From a virus: DNA of 64,000 nucleotides. Position numbers and translations under genes: made by a program. This document shows, piece after piece, positions 48,001-57,190 of the stretch (its first letter is position 1; each line of letters opens with the position of its first letter). The notes under the pieces are model-generated. The model saw only the letters and a program-made list of their open reading frames with translations, had not been told where the DNA came from and did not search any database. Location: positions 19,084 through 83,083 of the IMG/VR virus record IMGVR_UViG_3300025030_000074; one strand, written 5' to 3'.

Positions 48001-51000
48001 TTTATATGAAACCTTATAGATTCCGGAGAAATTCTTATTCCTATTGCATCAAGTATCTTTGTAATACCTTTTATATTTTCCTCTTTTACCTCTTTTGTAT
48101 CTTTAATCTTTTCTGCTATTTTCTCAATAGCATCCAGCCCCCTCTTTGCAAGATTAGGATTTATATTACCATCTTTAAGTAATATTTTATTAACCATTGG
48201 ATTGTTGAAATCCTCTCTCCATTGACTAACAACTTGTTCGGTTATATCTTGTCTATTAGTTTTAATAGGAGTATAGCGTCTCTTTCCAGTTAATCCAGAA
48301 TATACTAATGTAGAGAACCGCATGTGTTGGTTGGAAAAGGTTCTAAAGAATAGACTTTTAAACTGTTCAGTAACCTTGTTTTCAATATCCCAAGCTATCT
48401 TCTTAAGTGTAGGTCCATGAGTGGGGTTACTCCGTAATATATAAATCATGTCCTCCAGAGTCTCTGACCCTGCTAGAATAAGTCTTATATGTGAATAAAC
48501 AGAATTGAAATTGGAACCCCTGTTTCTACCATATACATTTTTATAAAATTCCCATTCTCCTGGTTTTATTTCTTTGCTAACTTCAGGAAGAAAATAAAGA
48601 TATTCAGCAATTTCATCGGGCAACCTTCTTTCTACTTCAAACCAAGAAACACCATAAACCTTTTCTCTTTGTTCTCCAGGTTCAATATCAAAGTCCTCAT
48701 CTTGCTTTTCCATCTTGCTCCACATCTTTAACCCAATATATTGTCTAATATCGCTTAAAGCAAGATCCCCTATCAAACTCTTAGTTATCTTTCCTTCTGA
48801 GTCTACTCCAAAGTTATCAAGAAGTTTTCTTATACTTATGGTAATATCATCTCTCTGTCCTTCTGTTATAATTTTGTTTTGAAAGTCCTCTTCTACTATC
48901 TCCAAGTCCTCTCTAAATTCAGCTTTTATTTCCTCAAAGATGTCTTTTATAGAATCTTTAAGACGAGACCTGTCTACAAGTTCTCCGCTTTGAATCCTTT
49001 CATCTATTTTTTCCTTTATAGAAAAAGCAACAGTTCTTATTGCATCAGCCTGTTCTACCGGACTAGTAGAAAAAGATTCTATAAGACGTGGAAGTCCCTC
49101 TTCTACTAAGGCAGCTTCTCCTCTAAATTTGGCTACTTTTATATGCTCAAAAAGTTCTTCTATAGTAAGGTTCATACCTAATAGATGTTTAATATAGGTA
49201 AGTATCATCCTAAAAAACTTCTCTATAGCACCTTTTTCCTTTTTTGTATAAGTGTTTTTACCAGATATAAGAAATTCAGCAAAATCGTCAGCAAGAAACT
49301 CTTCTACTTCTTTATCATTTTTAGCTTGTCTGTATAGCTTTGTTTTATTGGAGTATATTGCTCTAGCCTCTTTAAGAATAGATTCCCATTGTTCGGGAGT
49401 TAAAAAAGAATGAGATACTACGTGGAAAGCTTCATGATACTCAATACCTAATGGTGCCATCTTAGATAATGTCACCATAGCATCATGAAACTCTCCGTAA
49501 GCATATTGACCTGTTTCAGCAATATGAATAAGACCTTCTATTATTTCTAAGGGAACATTAGGAAATTTCTTTTTAAACCAAGTCTTTGCTTTGTCTGGAT
49601 TAATTCTTACAATACTATTAGGATCAAGATATTCGTAATTATCAGATACTTTTAACCTTCTTGCATTCTTAAAATCAGGACGTTGTCTTTTTGTAGTGGG
49701 AATTTTTGTTTCCTTCGGTGGTTTTTCCTTTATAGTAGGAATTTCTTTTTCCTTTTCGGTACTTTCTATATTAGGATCAAAAGAAAAGGAAGCATTAAAG
49801 AAGTGGTTTCCAGGAGCAACATCGGTGGTAATTATTCCTGTTTCATTTAAAAAGGTATTGTAATTATTATATGTAGTTCCTGTTATAGGATCAACATATT
49901 CTCCAGAAGTGTTTATACGTTCTTTTAGAACTCTTCTTTCTTTAGTTAAAAGAAGGGCTATAATTCCATCACGATGACCAGGAAGTTCTTTGAGAATATT
50001 AACGGTATGATCACTTTCGTCTATGGGATTGTAATATACTAATTTAGTACCCCTAATTTGAAATTTCTGTTTTCCTGTTGTCCTATCTCCTTGATAAACA
50101 ATTTCATTTATAGCATCTGCTTTTTCTTTCCAGTTATCTCTACCTTTTATCTCAGAAAGAATGGTTATTACCTTCTCTTGTGCTTCCTGGTTAAGAGATG
50201 AAACTATCAATTTAGCAGGAAAGGGGTCTCCTGCTCCATTGGGTATTACTGCATATACGGCATTATTGGTACCTTCTTTGTAAAGTCTTAAAGATTGTTC
50301 AATATCACTCTTTTCTGGAACAGAATATTCACCGGATCCTTCAAATTCGCTATAGATAGCAAGTACCGTTTCCTCTGTACCGGGAACAACGTTACCAATC
50401 TTATTTGTATAGGTTAAAGTACTCGGTTTTACCAATATTGGATTTCCTTCTCCATCTCTTAAATTATTTACCCAACCTCCAAACTTTTTAACTACCGTTG
50501 TTTTAAAAGACTTTTTGGAATCAAATATCCTCTTCCTTATTTTATCAAGGACTTTAAATCCTAAACCAGCTTCATTAAGTAATCGTGCTGTTTCTTTATC
50601 AAACTTCTTTATAGCATTTTCATCAGTTGCTGGAAGTTGTCCAACGATAGTCCATCTATTAGTAGTTGTATTTAAAGCCTCTATCTTTATATGAATAGTT
50701 TTATGGCTGTCTTTAAATCTCTCAAAGCCTTTAAATTCTGTTCCTATTGAGAATCTTATTTCTGTACCTGAAGGCAGAGAATCTATAGAGTTGACAAAAG
50801 CAAAGTCTATTACTCCTTCATTTTTAAGAGAAGTAGGAACGAGATTTCCCGGTTTATCTCTTTCCAGAACAGATAAAGGTCTAGTACCTTTCCCATATTT
50901 AGAAGTTCTTTTTACATAGAAACCATCTGGATTTTTCTCATACTCATATTCATTAGCCGTACTTTTCAGTATGGTTGTATGTTCAAGAGAACCTTCAGGT

Positions 51001-53471
51001 ATTCCTTCTGCCTCAGCGGAAGTATCCTTTTTATCTTTTTCAGGATCCCTTTTTCCTTTGGAATCTTTAGCTGAATACCCAACGTCTCTCCAGACAGCCA
51101 CAAAGTTTAAATCTTCAAAGGATTCTAATATAGCATCTTTAAGAGCCTCTATATTTTTATTACGTTCGGTACTTGATAGTATTTCGGATATTACTTTTAC
51201 CCTAGATTCGGAATTTTCTCCAAAGTCAAATTCGTCTAAAAAATCTTTATTTATTCCTTTTGTTATAGCAACGTCTCTAATGCGTTCTACTGCACTAAAA
51301 ATTTCTTCTGGTATCTGGGTATCAAATCTTTTTTTAAGTGCCTCTAATGCGCTTAAATTGAGTTTAGCAACCTCTTTTGGGTCGTTGTACTGAGTAGATT
51401 CTACCTTTTCTTCCTTTTCCTCTGTTTTTTTCCTTTCTGAAGCCTTCTTTTTAACCTTTTTTTCCTTTTCTTCTTCCCTAACAATCTTTCTTTCTTCTTC
51501 TTTGTAAGATTCTTCTCTTTCTTTCTGCTTCTTAGTATCCTTCAAATCTTTAAAACCCTCTTTAAGATCTTCAAGATAGGAAGTTTGTATCTCTTTTGAA
51601 ACTTCTAGTTCTATTATCTTCTCATCTTCAGAAGATTCCATTATGTTTACCAATTCTGATACCTTTAGAACCTCGTCTTTTAGAATCTTTTCTTTAAGTA
51701 TTTTTCCTTTCTCTTTGAGAACATCTTTTTCTTTTAGGAGAACTTCCTTCTTTTTGTCTAAAAACTCAGTTGATTTCTTCTTACTTTTAAGTTTCTTTAT
51801 AGATATATCAATATTATCTAATGTGGACTCGATTGCTGCAAGTCTATTTTTCTTTCTCTTTAATTCTTCTATATCAGAAGTGGCCTTCTTATAGGAAGAT
51901 CTATACTTATTATATAGATTAGATATTTCTTCTTCCAGTTCTCCTATAGATTCTTCCTTAAACCTTTGTTCTACCAAGTTAGCTATCATCTCATTCTTTA
52001 TAATAGGATTAGCATATTCAGTATTGTATACTCTATTGTAGGTATCTTCAAAGAAATCTAAATCATCTAACCTTTTTTGAGCATCTTGCCTATATGTAAT
52101 TTCATCTAATCCCCACTTGACAGCATCTTCTTTTGACATATCCTTTATAGAAAATACTTCTCTTCTCATCCTATCTAAGGTTCCAGCAACAGCATTCTTC
52201 ATAGCCAAGTCAAAGAAAACCTTATTGGTAGCAGCCTTATACATCTCTTTATTCTTCAGAACAGCTGCATTTGCCATTTCTGCAGAATTTATAGCTCCCC
52301 TTCTTTCTATATCTCTTGACCTATTTGCAATATCACTAATTCCATGAAATACAGCTCCCCCCAAACCTCCAAACCAAGCAGCTGTCCAAGCCTCATCATC
52401 CCTTAAATATTCAGCAAACCTATGATAAAATGGAGTATCGGGACGTTCTTCTGTTCCAAACGCCATTCTGCCACTTCTTAATGCCTCTTCCTGCATTACA
52501 AATTGATCAAACTCTTCTGCGGATTCCTGCAATGTTGTTTTAACAAGTGGTTTTATTTTTTGCTTAAATCCTCTTGATAAAGCAGATGCTTTGGTATTTC
52601 CCATTCCTCTAAATAGAAACATATATTGAGGAATATCCCAGATAAGATTTGCAGAGTTTGCTACCCAAAGTTTAGATGCTTTCTTCCCAGCTATTAGTTT
52701 AGCATCTTCCTCGGAAAGTCCTTTTTTAATTCCTTCTTCGAAAAGTTGTTCCATAACAGGATATGACTCCATAGTATTTTCAGCCATACGAGAAGCTATG
52801 GCAGCACTTACTCCCTCAAGAGTTTGTATTCCTACCTTTCCAAGTTTAGCAGTTGCTTTAGTAGCTTTACCTAAAGCGGACACCGCTTTAGCTGCTCCCA
52901 ATGCAGGAAATATCAATGAAACAGTAGTTGCTATATCTGGAGCATGTTCTGCCCAGAAAGTAGGATCAGCTAAGTCAAATCCTTGTCTTCTTGACTCAAA
53001 AGTTCTTTCTATGGGAAAACCTTCTTCTATAGATTCCTGTCCAGATTTCATTGCATCAGCAACAAAATTAGTAAACTCGTCTTCGGTTCCTTTAATAAGA
53101 TTTGCATACATCTCCCAATCTAGAAGATAGGAAGCTGCTTCCACCGTTCCTAAAGTTAACTGTCCTCCAACTTGAGCAAGGGTATTTCCAAAGAGATTCC
53201 AAGCGGATTGATTCTCTGTCCTTATATCTTCTTGACGAAGTCCAGACATCAATCCAACGTCTTTCTTTATATCTATATTCTTGAATTCTCCAAACCTTGC
53301 CTGTGTAAGCCAAGGTTCCGGAAAAGATATTCCACCGGGACCTATATCGGATCCAGTAGATATTAAGGGAAGAACTTTAGGAAGACCTATACTGTTTAAA
53401 GAATCTTTTGGTTCCATAACCATCATATTCTCATCTAAAGGTAAGACTTCAAGGAATTTATCTTTTGGCAT
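39036..53471 (-). CDS. Giant virion RNA polymerase polyprotein (4811 aa): N-terminal cargo domain, zincin, two-barrel RNAP, NADAR, degenerate zincin, C-terminal helical domain
   Basis: DFDID catalytic motif (45498-45512), TDAQGY, YHEAFH (~49430), NADAR motifs (~42820-43220), EEFSH; crAss-like gene context. Confidence 0.9.
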   Translation of the reverse strand: MPKDKFLEVLPLDENMMVMEPKDSLNSIGLPKVLPLISTGSDIGPGGISFPEPWLTQARFGEFKNIDIKKDVGLMSGLRQEDIRTENQSAWNLFGNTLAQVGGQLTLGTVEAASYLLDWEMYANLIKGTEDEFTNFVADAMKSGQESIEEGFPIERTFESRRQGFDLADPTFWAEHAPDIATTVSLIFPALGAAKAVSALGKATKATAKLGKVGIQTLEGVSAAIASRMAENTMESYPVMEQLFEEGIKKGLSEEDAKLIAGKKASKLWVANSANLIWDIPQYMFLFRGMGNTKASALSRGFKQKIKPLVKTTLQESAEEFDQFVMQEEALRSGRMAFGTEERPDTPFYHRFAEYLRDDEAWTAAWFGGLGGAVFHGISDIANRSRDIERRGAINSAEMANAAVLKNKEMYKAATNKVFFDLAMKNAVAGTLDRMRREVFSIKDMSKEDAVKWGLDEITYRQDAQKRLDDLDFFEDTYNRVYNTEYANPIIKNEMIANLVEQRFKEESIGELEEEISNLYNKYRSSYKKATSDIEELKRKKNRLAAIESTLDNIDISIKKLKSKKKSTEFLDKKKEVLLKEKDVLKEKGKILKEKILKDEVLKVSELVNIMESSEDEKIIELEVSKEIQTSYLEDLKEGFKDLKDTKKQKEREESYKEEERKIVREEEKEKKVKKKASERKKTEEKEEKVESTQYNDPKEVAKLNLSALEALKKRFDTQIPEEIFSAVERIRDVAITKGINKDFLDEFDFGENSESRVKVISEILSSTERNKNIEALKDAILESFEDLNFVAVWRDVGYSAKDSKGKRDPEKDKKDTSAEAEGIPEGSLEHTTILKSTANEYEYEKNPDGFYVKRTSKYGKGTRPLSVLERDKPGNLVPTSLKNEGVIDFAFVNSIDSLPSGTEIRFSIGTEFKGFERFKDSHKTIHIKIEALNTTTNRWTIVGQLPATDENAIKKFDKETARLLNEAGLGFKVLDKIRKRIFDSKKSFKTTVVKKFGGWVNNLRDGEGNPILVKPSTLTYTNKIGNVVPGTEETVLAIYSEFEGSGEYSVPEKSDIEQSLRLYKEGTNNAVYAVIPNGAGDPFPAKLIVSSLNQEAQEKVITILSEIKGRDNWKEKADAINEIVYQGDRTTGKQKFQIRGTKLVYYNPIDESDHTVNILKELPGHRDGIIALLLTKERRVLKERINTSGEYVDPITGTTYNNYNTFLNETGIITTDVAPGNHFFNASFSFDPNIESTEKEKEIPTIKEKPPKETKIPTTKRQRPDFKNARRLKVSDNYEYLDPNSIVRINPDKAKTWFKKKFPNVPLEIIEGLIHIAETGQYAYGEFHDAMVTLSKMAPLGIEYHEAFHVVSHSFLTPEQWESILKEARAIYSNKTKLYRQAKNDKEVEEFLADDFAEFLISGKNTYTKKEKGAIEKFFRMILTYIKHLLGMNLTIEELFEHIKVAKFRGEAALVEEGLPRLIESFSTSPVEQADAIRTVAFSIKEKIDERIQSGELVDRSRLKDSIKDIFEEIKAEFREDLEIVEEDFQNKIITEGQRDDITISIRKLLDNFGVDSEGKITKSLIGDLALSDIRQYIGLKMWSKMEKQDEDFDIEPGEQREKVYGVSWFEVERRLPDEIAEYLYFLPEVSKEIKPGEWEFYKNVYGRNRGSNFNSVYSHIRLILAGSETLEDMIYILRSNPTHGPTLKKIAWDIENKVTEQFKSLFFRTFSNQHMRFSTLVYSGLTGKRRYTPIKTNRQDITEQVVSQWREDFNNPMVNKILLKDGNINPNLAKRGLDAIEKIAEKIKDTKEVKEENIKGITKILDAIGIRISPESIRFHIKKKIRPKRPQADAEEFISILTGKGGIVFLFKKLSERINIFDTESRNIGRLAEIQTVFEVDSFTGTFIMGTGNRAWSLSPNSDMSKKFAKFKSDDESVVKQLVETYLESPYNNPVANDPTLQSLWLQKIRDSENTRSALEVATFDTVRLQVPGIPGVSYKKMSKLDRARTWMNFFLNRGSKRGWFSIPTPSDKGRTHFIHFDKLSRDVNVRKRETMKLVLQEYARIKQAEQQIIDLPEDKLISHYHYKENTKNKRDGSGNAFKFHFFPELNNVLIKEGNLVVVDDTVKEEIRKVIQDSIQGEINTQTELLLSTGVIGKNEKGEFINIELDSESLKNVYGGSIKAFIEDYVYNYVSAYAEITRILNGDIAFYKSTEALSKRSYESSSTGLDYRIDEVGGVSEVFQGTVLEDEIVDMEIKKPHLFESWIKGLEHLKLTTTEANKLVEKYKKTNRTDAQGYVGLNYYIGLLKGKGVWTSKYEAALESIKRGDPTPIADRILFGPFKTFYFGLHLEDNMMVPIQIKHSIIPLLPALTKRKGFEKLDKLRTDAEEQKVDEVNFKTGVKVGASGVRAHTDTENLHKTKLRSQNRRESQEVPYKELPKQLHGVQFAKQIIADIDSLDEETLYHIEGKPYKGKEIKDLYQGISAYNIEESFNQELKAQSTPDKMKKLVLKDSKQGPLSSDIEKTIENAPLSFPTISKLAEKVLTSRFKNEVTKQKLPGIYSVLVSDFGYEENEGLNFVEVVVDGEKVKAAEIMLPYPFLEKLYDEGFKGIENEELDISNVPLSLKQGVLYHTPGHGKKSSIPVVIKAFLPKEMGQIIMVPTGITAQENSDFDIDKSSLILPHYELSVDKEKITKIRYDYTKYISENSRKQRENALIDISLSILSNINSFKELITPVTAVNMELHADFILKHLEIKPLIWTFPSTQDEFYFRNLAGTVLRSDFVIFQNAHIVRQDTKKDIRIEIIFDGKSQNNLHGIKNLDGNLITEDYSEGISATVDNANKPIMGILNLSRFTSRVWDVIVGSGHGLKTADLFISQPIIRRLSELYGNKGETLVAEKEALKQVIEEVKNLSGINKMMKGFFDISTKELENGIKAKGEERTKKHYEVQMRILSSFIEYRKLGEEIFQESVSMRSDAMGLGPTMSDGIAFLNQIKRVETWPALERYPRLYAFAEFGYRRPIEHLSKEFPWMQSSFQAVRESIEENLGIRLQEEDMELINYDFLTYLYSKDTTKFKDVYGEGNRERLFIGDNSIANQLVALKEDMEIKMKENPDFQGNKLVSILKPFFTADVTRTLKFVFFNNAGRLSDSEVEEIRNSWQQLLRDPKTEKFASNLAEYALLANGMGFETGSFIHLIPSEWFQSKGLFDFQGDIVRGLYSKYDPVSTDNFIDQFLRHNNSNNRWVPRIRLDDKGKPLNAKEVKKQDEIPTSILLDLREDSNPSFVDSKGNKRFYPYLKILKPKAVHPETRALISPPITRLYKLMGFHDGDINLGVYHKITSLGFKNHLKEYFFDNDNVKTIVPTNRDRVDYSKKSDFHSYGFIMKEEFAKDRAEFIEEEEEIVDIEQPIKEVGKSKIVINKEEQYTKERYDAALETSKTFMSNFEQLKVPIKDEHGNEYWNSEGYYMAQRTSNLEEKSKIAIISKQGGAASRKVRRQFTLDQNEENRLQYMMNAVKAKFQNNPDLTQKLLNTGTQEIIEKNYWKDTLFGVYDKTLKGANILGKVLMQVRNKLQEQPSSKPLLQITVEDKKARDIELDKRLLQILAPFGVTLEMVDNMKERVGVDAIGASLIFERLILVAQGKANLKTIPEEFSHFFIELLGDNNPLVKRMMELVPQTEKYQKVKQEYSELAEGLISDTDEYLRKETAGKLLSDHIVDRWQESKTEGIGGQILRTIKLIIQRILNIFRSAKEVSIRKEIERVYGGVANDILFDVTVDLDVRNLTSRTYFQKNPDSIENKDIKVGEQEFKKSPKVDITSLRKLVDDVRIILKKEITLAKKKKKFEASEKYGQLLETLKDIEDFEGMGAFIEKAFEDTKKTVDRFNETVNSTTLNGRAKIGKLRDIRSFLKHYEDVFPELGSFIDKQIRLGNMKKEDLKEDILAALDYINATYPKLKKSYLEEGIPLQAKILWEEVPHEELNRSAKTEDEKLDLEKFTEQFVIADRDETSAMLYLDEAIGSDDVVFAAFAKSMKKMLYEATDEKVPVIADLQEKTKKFISSMKKFRDQTPEAIYGSLIDEVVDYQWNEKEGKYEPKVRPSLLSALDWTKFNKAEQNMYSSIENIGSTRKRKMKAAQWYEKNTILRKDWKEVLDAKKKEFGGADTLGFKLWMERNGRQATGEVYDLASKFKIEYEGIEYIAKNFLTEPDSKKYSNKRFESLSAPEREYLDYITNLYLEHQEVYSEDARRGFSLPAIYKTSRAKLFTEGPIAMVKEWYNETIQKTERDEMIYGPMASGDDNLIPIYYNFDIDAKDVSYDLFGSIGRYVGAAIEYKHKAGFADIVDSMRDTMEARRFPKEGNIFERAAKVFGLERKELKSKHEESNIQKHFKAFIESNFYGRTRETRTKVDKWVDLALSYTSALMLGGNIFQATTDLVRGKMHAWTETFGKEFATPTTLAEAEVAYFANMHNFFSDMGKAVPETIIGQIVQMIDPARHTEQDFKNLKTASFVRRTPGALFIQSGTDHDLAVTFMIAVLKTFKVYNKDGRVFKNDAGKDKTLWEALHATDSKGRIKLDKNIAYFEHSPREGYTIRIKDLQDLRNRIHATRTQIEGIRNAFDRPVANRYTLIRPIMLFRSWIMPGFNRRWGRRWLKRTFNQESARWEEGHYPISARFVKYHWNNLFRIQQEIDMRWTVMTPTERKAILATVVDTAVIILAWSTYLLMSGDDDDDKKNWSYKFIRYQSRRLAAELSFWFNPYETFKIIKSPVATQGIINSAGKLLVQFAHPGEEFQRNTGKWPKGYNKLKARAQEMIPIWVKLKAIKDPDEALKAFSRIL

Positions 53472-55326
53472 CTGGATTTTCTATTTCTTTAAAAGTTCTA
53501 TCAGAGAACCCATAGAACGCTTTTTGTTTAGTATCTAAATTTTCAACTTCATAATAGTAGACAGGAGGAATATTATCAGTTACTTTATACATACTTCTAA
53601 ACCTACCTGCAGGAATCTCAAAATCATTTTGAAATAGATGACTTTGACTAGCTCTTAGTATTCCATTAGTAGTATAAGCAGGATCACTCTTAATACTTTC
53701 TGTAGGGGACATTATAAATTGATCCTTCCCTACAAATACTAAAGATGACCCATATTCGTGGGGATCGGATACTTTATCTATGCTTCCCGAATAACTAACT
53801 CTTTTTCCTAAATTATCTTCCTGAAACTTTTGTCCTGGAATAACTTTTCCTTCTTGATTGATGAACTTAAAGAGATTAGCAGATCCCGCACCTACAACAT
53901 TTTCTTTAGTGCTTGAATCAAAGAATATATCATTAAAGTTCTTTTTAAACTTAGAATTTACATTTAAGTTTACAGCAGGTTGAACACTCTCTTTACCTCT
54001 TTTATTAAGATATTCTGTAACTTTAGTATTTTGGAATTCCTCTGATACCGGTTCTACAGGTAAGATTCCTTCTGCTCTTGCATGATCAGATATATTTTTG
54101 TATGTAGGATTTTTTTCGTCTACTAAATCCTTTTCTCCAAATAGAGTTTGAAGAAAGGCAACTGTTTTGTATCCTACTCCCATAGTAGGAGGACCTTCTT
54201 TAGCAAGCATATTTAATACTTCGGCCCTAGTATTCTTATCTATATGAATCTTTCCTTCTTTAACAAAGAATGTTTCTGAAACTTTATTAGGTATACTTGT
54301 TGGAAGAGCTAGAGCTGTTACCGGAAATCTCTCTCCTTCCTCATCTGTAGTACGCTCAGGTATAAATTTAGAACTATAAAATTCTTCCATCCCGGTAACT
54401 TCAGCGGCTTCCCTTAATGCTATATTTCTATACTTCTGTTCTACAACAGGAAGATAGGCATTAAAAATTTCCGAATTGCTTATTATATCATCAGGATGAT
54501 AATATATTCCACTCTTAAGATATTCTTCATAAGATATATCAGCCATAAGAGATCTTCCAGAATTAGTACGGAAATAATCCTTCATTATTTGAGGATTCAC
54601 TAAATCGTAAGAAATGGAAGTTTCTTTAGTATCTGGATTTATGGATTCATTATATCTGTATCCCATTAAAGCAACAGCATCTTCAAACTTTTTACCTTCT
54701 ACTCCAAAGGTCTTAAGCAGTCTTCCCGAAGGAGTATCTTTGGCTGTATATGTCCTTAAGGAAAGCATATTATCTGCATTTTCTCTTAAAGCTAATCTTG
54801 GGTCCTCTCTACTTATCAATGCTTGTACTTCAGGAATATCCACATATTCTCTTCCTGTAGAAGGATCCGTTTTAAAAGTTCCTCCCTGCTCCTCCCATTG
54901 CCCATATTTCCAATTATTAGCAAATACTCCAGCAGCATTATTTTTTGGGGCGTCTAAGGATATAGCAGATCTCATTTCATCTGCTCTCTTTTTTCCCAAT
55001 TCTAAAGTTTTTATTTTTGTTCTAAGGCTAGGATCATTTGATGTTCTACTTATACCTTCTCTTGCAAAAGGAGACTTTAATGTTGGATCTTTTTCATAAA
55101 TAGATTCAAACCTCTTATCAACTTCACCTAGTATATTTTCGTAATCATCTAAATCCGCCTCATGAACATCAAATTTTGGAAAATCCGGAAGATTACCTGG
55201 AGCTCTTTTTTTATCTAATATTTGTCCTGCAGCTATTAATTCCTGAAAAGGCAGAGGTGTATACTGCGCAGGAGGACCCAATCCACTCTGACGGTTACCA
55301 GTTGAAAGATTTAATCTATTTGCCAT
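53458..55326 (-). CDS. Virion cargo/ejection protein
   Basis: N-terminal QYTPLPF motif; lies between the cargo gene and vRNAP as in crAss-like phages. Confidence 0.65.
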   Translation of the reverse strand: MANRLNLSTGNRQSGLGPPAQYTPLPFQELIAAGQILDKKRAPGNLPDFPKFDVHEADLDDYENILGEVDKRFESIYEKDPTLKSPFAREGISRTSNDPSLRTKIKTLELGKKRADEMRSAISLDAPKNNAAGVFANNWKYGQWEEQGGTFKTDPSTGREYVDIPEVQALISREDPRLALRENADNMLSLRTYTAKDTPSGRLLKTFGVEGKKFEDAVALMGYRYNESINPDTKETSISYDLVNPQIMKDYFRTNSGRSLMADISYEEYLKSGIYYHPDDIISNSEIFNAYLPVVEQKYRNIALREAAEVTGMEEFYSSKFIPERTTDEEGERFPVTALALPTSIPNKVSETFFVKEGKIHIDKNTRAEVLNMLAKEGPPTMGVGYKTVAFLQTLFGEKDLVDEKNPTYKNISDHARAEGILPVEPVSEEFQNTKVTEYLNKRGKESVQPAVNLNVNSKFKKNFNDIFFDSSTKENVVGAGSANLFKFINQEGKVIPGQKFQEDNLGKRVSYSGSIDKVSDPHEYGSSLVFVGKDQFIMSPTESIKSDPAYTTNGILRASQSHLFQNDFEIPAGRFRSMYKVTDNIPPVYYYEVENLDTKQKAFYGFSDRTFKEIENPDAKR

Positions 55327-55327
55327 A

Positions 55328-57190
55328 TTATTTTCCTGTGTATCCTAACTGTTTAAGAACTTTTAAAAGGTCTATGTCTCTACCTATTTGTCCTAGTTGA
55401 CCAATTCCAGCAGGTAAATATTGAGCTTGATTAGCTTCCATAGAAAGTTGAAGTTGTCTCTGCCTTTCTCTTGCTGCAACATTTTGTTGTCCTAAAGATC
55501 CTAAAGTTTGAGCTTCCTCTCCTCTATAACCAAGATTCATTCCTTGTGCTTCCAATCTTGCCTTAGCTCTTGCATCAGCACTAGTTCTCTGAATGGCACC
55601 AAGACCTTCTAATTGAGCAGCTTGTAAACCACCTGATATATTCCTAAGGTTTTTCCTTGCAAAAGCTTCAGAGGTATCAATGCCACTAAATACCGGAGCA
55701 AGATCTATTTTTCTATCTCCCATAAGTTTCTTTATCCTTGTCTCTTCTGGATTCTGAAATGCTTCTACTTCTGGAGTTTGCCCCAGCAAACCCATCCCTA
55801 TATTGTAAGCAGGTGCTGCATAAGGAAGTAAACTTGAAAAGTTAACCCCACCTTGTTGGTCTCCTTGACCCGATTGTGAAGAAGATAATCCAGAAAAGTA
55901 AGAAGCATCATAATAAGGATTATTCTGTTGCCCAGTATTAAAAGTACTTGGTTGATAAAAAGAAGGTTGTGATCCAAACGGTTGAGTTGTTTTTCCTGGA
56001 TAAGAATATCCTAGTTCATCTACAATACTATTTTTATCATACCTTTTTATTTTTCCCCCTCTTTTAAATCCAAAATCGGGTCTATAACGTTGTTCTGGTA
56101 ATTGTCCTCCTCCGGTTTCAGATAATATTCCTTGAAGATTTTCTATGTTAGATTGTTGCCTATTGTAAGTTCTAATCCTTCTTTTCAACTCTCTAAAATC
56201 TTTTTTAGTAGACCTTGCTATTAACTTCTGTATCTTTTTATCATTTTTTAAGTTACCTTTTTTATCAAAGAAATCTATATCAGCAGAAGGATAAGGCAAA
56301 GTAAAATCTTCATCAGATTTCAAAATAGCATTTTCTATTTGTTCTTTACGCTTTTCCTCTTTAGTCTTATTATCTACCTTTCCTCCATGTCTATAGTAAG
56401 CCAGTTCCTCACTGTTTCTCTTTAATTGATCTCTCCTTAATTGTGTTTCAATAGTAGATCTAGTTATTTTGTCTCCTTCAAGATAAGAATCTCTTTGTTT
56501 CTTTGGAATAATAATGTTTCCCGGAGTAGCAAGAACGTTTCCGTATAGGTCTGTTTCGGTTTCATCTTCGGGATGCGGAGGCCTTTTTGAGTAATCAGTA
56601 ATAACTTTTCCTCCCGATACTTCTAATTCTCCCCCTCTATTTCCAGAACTTCCTTCTACATTGATAACTTTCTTGTTGTAAGCATCTTGAGATAGATTAT
56701 GATAAGAGGCAAAAGCAACATTTCCACCATGTTTCTTTATAGAAGTCTTTCCAAAGATATCTCCAGAAAATAATCCAGCAATATTGGAAGCAGGTCGTAA
56801 AAACTGTCCAGCTTGCATAAGTTCTTTTTGTCCAGTAGCTGTTCCTATGTCACCAATAAGATCTGCTCCCTGTAAAAGATTATCTTGCATACCGGGAATA
56901 AATCCAGTAAGTGTAGATATTCCACTTCCCCAGAGTTGTGCATTTTTATCACTTGCACCAAGAGATTTGGCAATACCTGTGATACCTTTGGAGATAGCCC
57001 CACCAAACGGATATTTTTCAATTTCTCCTCCATGTTCTTTTTTTCTGTTTCTGGCCATTTTCTTGAAGGTCAGAGCAAGAGCTCTTGCATGACCAGAACA
57101 GCCCGCCTTTGAAATGGGAGTGCACTTTCCAGTTGTTCCACGTTTTTTTATGGATCTAACTGCGGATTGTATCCATCTGTGTTTTGACAT
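55328..57190 (-). CDS. Virion cargo protein with repeated xxGG motifs
   Basis: KKEHGG, KYPFGG, KKHGG, YRHGG, FKRGG; NVEG..GGE; Gly/Ala amphipathic segments. Confidence 0.7.
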   Translation of the reverse strand: MSKHRWIQSAVRSIKKRGTTGKCTPISKAGCSGHARALALTFKKMARNRKKEHGGEIEKYPFGGAISKGITGIAKSLGASDKNAQLWGSGISTLTGFIPGMQDNLLQGADLIGDIGTATGQKELMQAGQFLRPASNIAGLFSGDIFGKTSIKKHGGNVAFASYHNLSQDAYNKKVINVEGSSGNRGGELEVSGGKVITDYSKRPPHPEDETETDLYGNVLATPGNIIIPKKQRDSYLEGDKITRSTIETQLRRDQLKRNSEELAYYRHGGKVDNKTKEEKRKEQIENAILKSDEDFTLPYPSADIDFFDKKGNLKNDKKIQKLIARSTKKDFRELKRRIRTYNRQQSNIENLQGILSETGGGQLPEQRYRPDFGFKRGGKIKRYDKNSIVDELGYSYPGKTTQPFGSQPSFYQPSTFNTGQQNNPYYDASYFSGLSSSQSGQGDQQGGVNFSSLLPYAAPAYNIGMGLLGQTPEVEAFQNPEETRIKKLMGDRKIDLAPVFSGIDTSEAFARKNLRNISGGLQAAQLEGLGAIQRTSADARAKARLEAQGMNLGYRGEEAQTLGSLGQQNVAARERQRQLQLSMEANQAQYLPAGIGQLGQIGRDIDLLKVLKQLGYTGK

